54,182 bases of DNA from Macrostomum lignano (lineage: Eukaryota), in assembly GCA_002269645.1 (NCBI GenBank), contig NIVC01004223.1:1-54182 (forward strand). Reading direction: 5' to 3'. The notes under the pieces are model-generated. The model saw nothing but the letters and a program-made list of their open reading frames with translations. It was not told where the DNA came from and did not search any database. Positions within the stretch are counted from its first letter, which is position 1. Each line of letters starts with the position of its first letter. Made by a program: the position numbers and the translations under genes. Shown here piece by piece: positions 10,524 through 17,920 of the stretch.

Positions 10524-11519
10524 TTAATTAATTTCCGTGTCAGCTGGTATCACTAGGAGTTCAGCTCTAGTAAATGACCGCGTGGGGGATTTAGGGTTAA
10601 AGGCCTGAGATAAAAAGTAATACTCTCCAGAGTCAGAGGTAAAATGTCTGTCTATTTTATTTACATCAAGGCTGAAGTATGGATCTGTAGCTCTTCTTTT
10701 GGTGTCTTTCTCTAGCTCTCCAGGTAGATATAAAAAGCGTAGAAACTCAGAGTTTGTCAGTATGTATGGTGATTTAACTCTTGGAAGCTTAGGGTAGTTA
10801 GAGGTGTTTGTTCTGTGAGATGCCTTAAGTTTGACAGTGTCTTGTTTAATTGCATGGGACGGTTTCAATCCAGTCATGCGTGTGACCTCATTGTTAAGTT
10901 GCTCTATAACAGTGGGGAGTCTTTCTGTCCATTTTGTATAGTACTGCCCCGCACTCAGTTTAAGTTCTTGCGCTGTCTGCTTAGTGAATAGCCTCTTGGC
11001 TAGAGTTAAATTAAATCTCTCAACGTACGCTTGGTCCCTGTGCAGGTCTGTTCTTCCGTAGCGAATTTCCGTATTGTGCTTTTCCATAAGGGATTTGACT
11101 GCACCCATGAATTCCTTACCCGGGTCGGTCATAAAGGTTTGGGGGTATGTGAGCGGAGAGTTTTTATAAATATCTTGGAGTGCGGCTGCAACAACCTCTG
11201 ACTTCTTCATCTTGAGTGGGCGAGCTTCCTTATATCTGGAAGCAATGTCTGTAATTGTGAGAGCATACTTGTAGCCTGAGTCATTGGGGAGAAACAGAAG
11301 ATCTGCTTGGTGCGCCTCATTAGGTTTATAAATACTGAAATGGGGCCTTTCAAATTTTACTGGTGGGAAATAGACTTGAAAGACAGCCTGCTTAGAGAGC
11401 CATTTTTCTACTGTAGCTTTTGGCTCCTTACTCAGCTCCATGAGTTTACTAACGGCATTTTTGCCTACAAAGAATCCTTTGTCGCTGTAGTAGAGTTTTT
11501 TAAGTTTCTGATCTGTCAT
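10524..11519 (-). CDS. Retroviral-like (rve, DDE) integrase
   Basis: Intact 331-aa ORF with HQADLLFL (D), TDPGKEF (D) and YVERFNLTL (E), as in Polinton integrases. No obvious C-terminal chromodomain. Confidence 0.93.
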   Translation of the reverse strand: MTDQKLKKLYYSDKGFFVGKNAVSKLMELSKEPKATVEKWLSKQAVFQVYFPPVKFERPHFSIYKPNEAHQADLLFLPNDSGYKYALTITDIASRYKEARPLKMKKSEVVAAALQDIYKNSPLTYPQTFMTDPGKEFMGAVKSLMEKHNTEIRYGRTDLHRDQAYVERFNLTLAKRLFTKQTAQELKLSAGQYYTKWTERLPTVIEQLNNEVTRMTGLKPSHAIKQDTVKLKASHRTNTSNYPKLPRVKSPYILTNSEFLRFLYLPGELEKDTKRRATDPYFSLDVNKIDRHFTSDSGEYYFLSQAFNPKSPTRSFTRAELLVIPADTEIN

Positions 11520-11549
11520 TTTTTTAAAAAGAAAATTTTAAATAAAATA

Positions 11550-12044
11550 ATGCAACGCTCTGGCGGTAACTTAGACTCACATGGACTGATAGAAAAGCTT
11601 CCTCATCCAAACAAAGGCTGGACACTTCCCGGGTACAAATATTGCGGGCCTTTGAATCCACTTGAAATACAGCTGGATGGATACAACAACCCAAATCCTG
11701 GACATGAGCCTGTGAACGAGCTAGACTCTGTCTGCATGTGGCACGATGTTAAGTATAGAGATTTTCCAGAGGAGAAGAATCGCTGGGACAAAGAAATGCT
11801 TAGGAGATTAGACAATATGGGGACTTCAAGCGGATTTCGTGAGTCGATTGCTAGGAAATTAGTCAAGGCGGTTATTTTTGGTAAGACAAAATTGGGGTTG
11901 GGGATGTACGCCGAGGGCGGGTGTTTGGGGAGAGAAGGTGGGTGCGTGGGGAGAGAGGGCGAAGGAGCAAGGTTTATTTTGTGCGTTCCTAACAATGAAT
12001 TGGGAAGACTGCTGAAAGAGCTGGGGGTAGAGAGGGGCGCTTGA
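11550..12044 (+). CDS. Parvovirus VP1u-type phospholipase A2
   Basis: Likely start is the ATG at 11550 (in frame with ORF 11307-12044). Ca-binding loop PGYKYCGPLN, then PVNELD, catalytic HDVKY and downstream D (WDKEML). 164 aa. Confidence 0.85.
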   Translation: MQRSGGNLDSHGLIEKLPHPNKGWTLPGYKYCGPLNPLEIQLDGYNNPNPGHEPVNELDSVCMWHDVKYRDFPEEKNRWDKEMLRRLDNMGTSSGFRESIARKLVKAVIFGKTKLGLGMYAEGGCLGREGGCVGREGEGARFILCVPNNELGRLLKELGVERGA

Positions 12045-12258
12045 GTCGGGAAGGGTTTAAAAAAAGACTCATGGATATTAAATTTTAATAAGTTAGAAGC
12101 TTGATTCAATATTTTATTTCATGTTAAACAATAAAAACATTAATACAAAGCTGTTCAAAGTTACATATAATAATTCGTTTAGTTAATTCATGCAGTTATT
12201 ATTACACTGAAAAGTGCTATGAGTAGACTTAGCTGCGAAAAAATTCTAAACAGTCCAG

Positions 12259-12550
12259 GATTTTTTCCAGGATTTTATCAATGTAAGCTACTCATAGTAG
12301 TCTTCTAAACACTTTCCTGGATCTCCAGGATTTTTTTAAACTCGTGCCAATTCCTGACAATACAGGAATTCCTGACAATACAGGAAAGTCTTTTACTAGA
12401 TTTTTTCCAGGATTTTATCAATGTAAGCTACTCATAGTAGTCTTCTAAACACTTTCCTGGATTTCCAGGATTTTTTTCCAGGATTTTTTAAACTCGTGCC
12501 AATTCCTGACAATACAGGAATTCCTGACAATACAGGAAAGTCTTTTACTA
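12259..12550. repeat. Tandem duplication (140 and 152 bp) built from TCCTG/CAGGA palindromes
   Basis: Units start at 12259 and 12399. Each contains TCCTGGA-N2-TCCAGGA and two 18-bp repeats AATTCCTGACAATACAGG, whose junction is the 12-bp palindrome CAGGAATTCCTG. Confidence 0.9.
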
Positions 12551-12551
12551 T

Positions 12552-13376
12552 TCAAAAACGAAGATCTCGAAACAGCGGCAAGTCATTGTTGAGAAGCTCA
12601 TCCTCATCCTCTTCCATTTCTGTCACGCCAGATCGTCCTGAAGCACTTGCAACAGGTGATCGTCTTGGTGAAGTTGAAGCGTCATCTTGCACAGCAGAGC
12701 CTCCACTAAATGTTGGAAGTGGATCATCTTCAAGCAGGCTTGCAAAGTTGGCGTTCTCATCACAACGGTGCTCAATAGCCGACTTGAATTTCAGGATGGT
12801 ATCCATAGAGTATGATGAGCAGAGTAGACCACGATATCGCGATGCGAACTTTGCAAAGTTGGCTAGACGTTCGGTGTACTTGACGGCTATCTTGAGTTTG
12901 ATAGCGATGGCGGCCAGAGTAAGACCTCTCTTCTGTTGTAGATAGATGATCAGACGTCCTTGGGCAAAGTTGGCTAGACATTTGATGATGTCTAAATCCT
13001 CAACTAGTTGAACTAAATCCTTAAACCGGGTCTGAATCTCAGAATCTTCCAAATCCTCGCTGTCATCAATCGGCCGAAGAAGATCCTCAAGTCCATCGAA
13101 TCGTGTTTTAACAACAACATCATTGCGAAGATTCTCTTCTATTTTCGCTTGCAGCCGTTGAAGGAATCGGCGAACTTCCTCATTCTTGTCGATTTTTTTC
13201 TCTTCCTTCTTAGCTTTCTTTGTCTTTTCACTAACAGCTTGTTCCAGTTTCTCAAAAGATTTCAAAAGGGCTCGGCGCTCCTCATCAGATAGTTTAGTAA
13301 GTTCTATCGTTAAAGATCTTTGGTCTCGTTTTGATACTTCACTAAATAAGTTAGCAATTTCAATAGCCCTATCCAT
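12552..13376 (-). CDS. Hypothetical protein: coiled-coil N-terminus, candidate helix-turn-helix, acidic S-rich tail
   Basis: Intact 274-aa ORF. TLAAIAIKLKIAVKYTERL fits the HTH pattern. The C-terminus (SGVTEMEEDEDELL) is acidic. CAAAATG start context. Confidence 0.6.
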   Translation of the reverse strand: MDRAIEIANLFSEVSKRDQRSLTIELTKLSDEERRALLKSFEKLEQAVSEKTKKAKKEEKKIDKNEEVRRFLQRLQAKIEENLRNDVVVKTRFDGLEDLLRPIDDSEDLEDSEIQTRFKDLVQLVEDLDIIKCLANFAQGRLIIYLQQKRGLTLAAIAIKLKIAVKYTERLANFAKFASRYRGLLCSSYSMDTILKFKSAIEHRCDENANFASLLEDDPLPTFSGGSAVQDDASTSPRRSPVASASGRSGVTEMEEDEDELLNNDLPLFRDLRF

Positions 13377-13463
13377 TTTGTAGTAGAAGTTGCTGGCGCG
13401 GCGAGGTTAGGCAAAGCAGAGCGAGGCGGAGATGGTGGGGCGAGGGGTGGTGTGAATCGGCTG

Positions 13464-13544
13464 TATATATACCATTGGTGTGGGCTCGGGAATCCACGGA
13501 TTCTCTTTTTGTTCTAGAATATTCTAGAATTCGAATTCTAGAAG
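13464..13544 (-). promoter_or_regulatory. Heat-shock element plus TATA box upstream of ORF 13376
   Basis: 13511-13530 reads gTTCt-aGAAt-aTTCt-aGAAt: four perfect alternating nGAAn pentamers containing the Pelham consensus CTAGAATATTCTAG. A further aTTCt-aGAAg pair lies at 13535-13544. TATATATA is at 13464-13471, 88 nt upstream of the ATG. Confidence 0.75.
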
Positions 13545-13708
13545 GGGAACCTGTAGATTTTCTATTTATAGGTATGATTTTCTATTTATGGTTGATTGGG
13601 GTTGCCAAAGCGGAAAGAGATTGGAAAGCATGTGTGGAACGCATGGCATGGGTTTTATTTTTAGAACTTACGTCTACACTCTACAAGGTACAACCTTGTA
13701 GTTGGCTA

Positions 13709-13945
13709 CTACAACTGCCTTATAACTTCAGCAAAGTTATAGTAGCTGTCAAAATCGTTAATGACTACTCCATGTTTTTCAAACCAGTGAGATTTAAGTG
13801 CTTGATTAATATTAGGGACATTGATTTCAATGCCGGGCCAATATTTTCTCATGTACTCGCTGCATTCTAGTTTGCATTGGTACCTACTCTTGTAATTAGG
13901 CTCGTGCGCTTTGTAATAAGAACCTGGACAGACAACTGGAAGCAT
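13709..13945 (-). CDS. Small hypothetical accessory protein (78 aa)
   Basis: MLPVVCPGSYYKAHEPNYKSRYQCKLECSEYMRKYWPGIEINV..., starting at an AAAAATG like the viral genes. Aromatic/Cys-rich and protein-like. Confidence 0.45.
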   Translation of the reverse strand: MLPVVCPGSYYKAHEPNYKSRYQCKLECSEYMRKYWPGIEINVPNINQALKSHWFEKHGVVINDFDSYYNFAEVIRQL

Positions 13946-14283
13946 TTTTATTGAGAATTTATTTTTTTCAAAGGGTAAGTGTGACCCACTCTTTTTTTCT
14001 GATTGTGTCAGGGATAATACATTTTTAACCGAGTAGCTCTGCAAGTGGTTGTATAAATAAGCTTTCTTCCTTACGTAGCTTAAACGTGTCGCGGGATTGA
14101 CTGTACTTAGAGAAGTGGAAAGAGAGAGAACTTGCTATGTAGAAATAAATGTACGCGGAGAGGAGAAGCTTGTGCATAGGAAGAGAGGTTCTCTCTGTAT
14201 ACGGGGCCTGCGTACTCTGAGTTAGTGAGGGCATGATCCACATGAAGCTTTTGCATGGGGGGGAGAGATATTTGCTCTGTACA

Positions 14284-14438
14284 TGTTCGGTGGCGGAACA
14301 TTTGTTCGGCGGCGGAACATTTGTTCAGCTGAGGAACATTTGTTCGGCGGCGGAACATTTGTTCGGCTGAGGAACATTTGTTCGGCTGAGGAACATTTGT
14401 TCGGTTGAGGAACATTTGTTCGGCTGAGGAACATTTGT
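14284..14438. repeat. 19-bp tandem array x8 with internal palindromes
   Basis: Unit TGTTCGG(CTGA/CGGC)GGAACATT. This gives TGTTC-N7-GAACA within units and GAACA-TT-TGTTC across junctions. Confidence 0.92.
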
Positions 14439-14520
14439 AGCTGGCTCTGTAGCTGGTGCCCTAGAGGGTAGTTTTACATTTTTCCCTTAGATAAATAGTT
14501 GCAAGCATTGCAATGTGATG

Positions 14521-14720
14521 GGGATAATATGGATGGATATTAGGTGGATTATAATCGAAGTTTTCGGAGCAAGTGCGGCCCCTCTTTTTTCTGATTCTGT
14601 CGGGGATAATATGGATGGATTTAATGGGATTATGGAGGACGTTTTGTGAGCGAGTGCGACCCCCTTTTTTTCTGATTCTGTCAGGGATAATATGGATGGA
14701 TTTAGATGGATTATGGAGGA
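14521..14720. repeat. ~81-bp tandem repeat, ~2.5 copies, with a dispersed partial copy at ~13978-14019
   Basis: GGGATAAT starts at 14521, 14603 and 14684. The shared block TTTTTTCTGATT(C/G)TGTC(A/G)GGGATAATA also occurs at 13993-14019. Confidence 0.85.
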
Positions 14721-14758
14721 GGTGAAAAATTTTGTCCCAGAAGCCCCCTCATGCATTC

Positions 14759-14920
14759 TACTGTGGTTTATCTGCAGCTAGTTTGCAATGGACAAGAAGC
14801 AATTGAGTCTTCTCAATGCTTGAATTAGCAGTACCGTGCATGTGATAGTCGCATCACAATCGATCAGTATTCTGCAATGAGAAATGTTGGTGAGTTTTTC
14901 TGGCTTTGCAATCAATGCAA
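14759..14920 (+). pseudogene. Degenerate PHD-finger coding relic
   Basis: Reads YCG..C..VCNGQEAIESSQCLN*QYRACDSRITIDQY...FFWLCNQC. PHD spacing is recognisable, with substitutions at ligand positions and a TAG where W is expected. Confidence 0.5.
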
Positions 14921-15299
14921 TAGACGGGCTCCTGCAGGTAATTTAGCAGTGTCTCAAATGTCTCTTAGTGCCAGTGGGCAGTAGGGGTTTGCACATTGCT
15001 TGTGAAGTTATGCTCCCTTCCTCAAGAGCCTTATTCCTTTCTTCTTTCTCTGCCCCTGTCACTGCTTGGTTGTATAGGTGCCATCAACCTCAATTGGGTA
15101 TGTGGACATACAAAAGTTCACGTTGTTCTCAACCCCATTCCACTATAGTTTTTATCTAATGTGACCAAGCCAGGTACTTTTAGTGCAGGGGTCGGCAAAC
15201 TTTTTACCTCAATTGAGAACTCATGTAGCTCATGACTGCCTTTCTGGGTCTGCTTTGTTGGGCCCCTTAAGCAAAGCGAGGAGTCCTGATGACAATGGG

Positions 15300-15712
15300 C
15301 CAGAGGTAAGGAGAGAGGGTAAGGAATAGAGAAGAGAAATACAAGCATAGGATAAAGGAGAGGCAAAGGAATAAAGGAGAGGCAAAGGAATAAAGGAGAA
15401 GAGAGTTGATAAGAGGAGAGATTAAATACGAGTGGAGAGAGAGGAGAAGGGAGATTAATGGAGAAGAGAGAGGAAGAAAGGAAGAAGAGAATGAAGAGGA
15501 AAAGGGGGATGAAAGGAATGAGGTGAGGAGAGAGGAGAGGATAGAGGTGAGGAGAGAAAAGAGGTGAGGAGAGGAGAGAGGAGAGGGCAGAGATGAGAGA
15601 GAGAACAGATGAGAGGAGAGGGCAGAGATGAAAAAGAGAAAGATGAGAGGAGAAGGCAGAGTTGAGAGAGAAAAGATAAGAGACGAGAGTGCAGAGATAA
15701 GAGACAAGAGGG
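15300..15712. repeat. Purine-rich (GA) low-complexity tract
   Basis: Almost pure A/G on the + strand. It produces the spurious L/S/P-rich minus-strand ORFs. Confidence 0.9.
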
Positions 15713-15757
15713 CACTCCAATTTTTGCTTACTTCTATCATAACTAATATTATCTTTA

Positions 15758-16163
15758 GGCAATCCTTCGGTTTCCCGCTCTAAATTATTTCAATGTGATA
15801 TTATGATATATTATAAAGAGTTTGAATGGCGATTCTAAAATAATTCTAAAATGATCCATTCCAATTCTGAAGTTAATGATCCCGATTCTGAAGCAAATGA
15901 TTTTGATTCTAAAGTGAATGATCCCAACCCAGAAGTGAATTTTCCCAATCCTGAAGTGAAAGATCCTGATTCCAAAGTGAAAGGTTTTTATTTTGATTAG
16001 CCACTACTATCTACTGTAGTGCGACTGATTGACTAACTAACTAGCTTCCTGTATTGTATTTTTCATTTTTTGTTATGCTCACCTCTGTTGTGCTATTCAA
16101 ACTTGTTTTATAGTATAATATCTAATGTTAAAACAATTTAGAGCGGGAAACCGAAGGATTGCC
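15758..16163. mobile_element. MITE with 29-bp perfect TIRs (possibly Merlin-like)
   Basis: GGCAATCCTTCGGTTTCCCGCTCTAAATT (15758-15786) and its exact reverse complement at 16135-16163. Flanking 8-mers TATCTTTA / CACCTTTA match 6/8 (possible decayed TSD). The GGCAA start fits the Merlin GGNRM pattern. Confidence 0.7.
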
Positions 16164-16984
16164 CACCTTTACCCTCTACCTTTAACTTTTAACATATACA
16201 AACAACACATCAATTTTAGTATATTGAGATAGGTTTGAAACTATTATCCATGATACAAAAATCAAATGTCTTGTGCTAGTAGTGCTACTAGCTTTAGTAG
16301 GTACTAATACTTGCTGTAAAGGGAAGTGTTTTTAGTTTTACTAATCTAATTTCACTAACAAAATCTGTCTTCTCTGAGACTTAAAGCTAGGTCATACCCC
16401 ACCCCAATCACAGCCAATAGGAAATGAGGAAATATATAGACCTATTCCTATCCAAGCAGCCATTCAAAGCTGTGGCCATCTTGGTCATGCGCCCAAAGAA
16501 GTATTGCAAAGTACTTATTTCTAAATTAGAGCTCAATTTTTATAATTTATATCCAATTCTATTTTATAATCTAGGTATCAAAAAGAAAACTGGGGAATTG
16601 AAAAGTCTGGATACCAGGCCCATTACCCTAGATTGCTACACAAAGTGCCTCTGCTTAATCAAGCTATTGGGACTACATATGCAAGGTCAAGGGCAAACAT
16701 CCTTTCTTCTATTTCCTTTTCCTCTTTTCTTTTCCCCTTTTTCTTTCTCTTCTTCTTTCCTCTCTTCTCTCCCCTGTCTTTTTCCCCTTTTTATTACTTT
16801 CTCCCTCTTTTCTCTTTCCCTTTCTCCCCCCTTTCCTTTTCTTATTATCTAAGTAAAATAACAGTCTCCAATTCTTACCAAGATCTGCAATAGTGATGAC
16901 CCACTCATCAGTTGGTTTCCAAGAAGCCTCCTCTGCAATCTATCCTTTGATAGTGGTAGATACTGGTGGCTTCCCCATTGTTTC

Positions 16985-17450
16985 ATTCATCTTAACTTAA
17001 GCCCCTATACTATCCTAGCCACAATGTGCATATAGCAGTCAAAAATGTCATTTTTTATCCTAGGGACTTAAGAGCTCCTTTTGTATTGAAAGTGAAATTA
17101 TATCCCCATTTTAACTCCCTCCCCCTATTCTAACCTCAATGTGCATGTAGTGTCAAACATTTGTCTTTGTAACTTGCGTCTCTAATTCTAAGGACTTAAG
17201 TCAAGAGCTCCTCTCATATTGAAAGTGAAAAAAATTCATCTTCAATTTAGCTCCCAACATCTCAACCCTATCCCAGTCTCTTATCCTAGGGACTTAAAAG
17301 CCCCTTTGAAAGTGAAAACATTCATCTTAACTTTAGCCCTATCACCCAAGTTCCCAACTACAATGTCAACATGGAATCTATGTTGATACTAGAGTCCTAA
17401 CTTCCAGGGACTTATAAGTTCCCCTCATCTTGAAATTGGCAACATTCATT
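16985..17450. repeat. Degenerate ~100-130 bp tandem repeat
   Basis: CCTAGGGACTTAAG..CTCC...TGAAAGTGAAA..ATTCATCTT recurs near 17058, 17188, 17285 and 17403. Confidence 0.6.
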
Positions 17451-17569
17451 TATTTTTACTACTCTAACCCTATCAAATCAATAGCTCCAATGGTATTTCA
17501 ATTCTCAAGTGGTATTATATGGAAACTAAATATGAGATAGGGAAATATATGTTCCCATGTTTTTTATTA

Positions 17570-17920
17570 GAGGCAGGGGGTTTGTGTGCACCTGGCGCAC
17601 TTTAAGCGACATAGGCACACAACTGGCAAGAGGCATTACTGCCCATTCCACCAACTCCCCTGAGCAGGCATACAAGCGCGCGGATATGTATGCAGTCACA
17701 CACTCACATAGGAGTGTACAGTGGCCCTAACTTTATTTTATTGTTAGGCCATGTAAACTTCACTGCGCCTTAGGGGGTTGGCTCTCAAGGCCATTAATTG
17801 CACAAGCAAAGCCAAGCCAAGATTCCAATTCAGCCCTAAATTAATGTGACTACACTTGGAATTGAGCCTGGGTCGCTGGCACACCAAAGCAGCTGCACTA
17901 CTGCTGGGCTATAGCCCCCC
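17570..17920 (-). mobile_element. Degenerate tRNA-derived SINE
   Basis: The minus strand begins GGGGCTATAGCCCAGCAGTAG (A-box-like) ... GGCTCAATTCC (B-box-like, 17858-17868). The body extent to a T-rich stretch near 17570 is approximate. Confidence 0.5.

Larger units (their letters stand above)
1..14762. mobile_element. Polinton/Maverick (adintovirus-type) endogenous dsDNA virus, left end outside window, right end uncertain
   Basis: Compact cluster of MCP, A32/FtsK-like ATPase, adenain-like protease, protein-primed PolB, rve integrase, PLA2 and pX-like genes. Core confidently spans 1-12044. Extension to ~14762 is inferred from accessory ORFs with the same A-rich start context and from subterminal-like repeats. 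Confidence 0.93.

Noticed and set aside
11307-11549. N-terminal extension of the PLA2 ORF
   Set aside because: It overlaps the integrase on the opposite strand and starts at GTG. The ATG at 11550 has the element's A-rich context and directly precedes the domain.
14284-14438. 19-bp array as a heat-shock element or steroid response element
   Set aside because: GAA/TTC spacing does not fit perfect, gap or step HSE geometry, and the half-site spacer is 2 nt rather than the 3 nt of a GRE.
15186-15205. CAGGGGTCGGCAAAC, a hAT/Charlie-like terminal sequence
   Set aside because: No matching inverted end or TSD was found in the window (50862-50873 matches only partly), so no element can be delimited.
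15118-15762. Long L/S/P-rich or E/R-rich ORFs here and at 16424-16893, 31178-32059 and 51300-52043
   Set aside because: They are translations of purine/pyrimidine low-complexity tracts or minisatellites.
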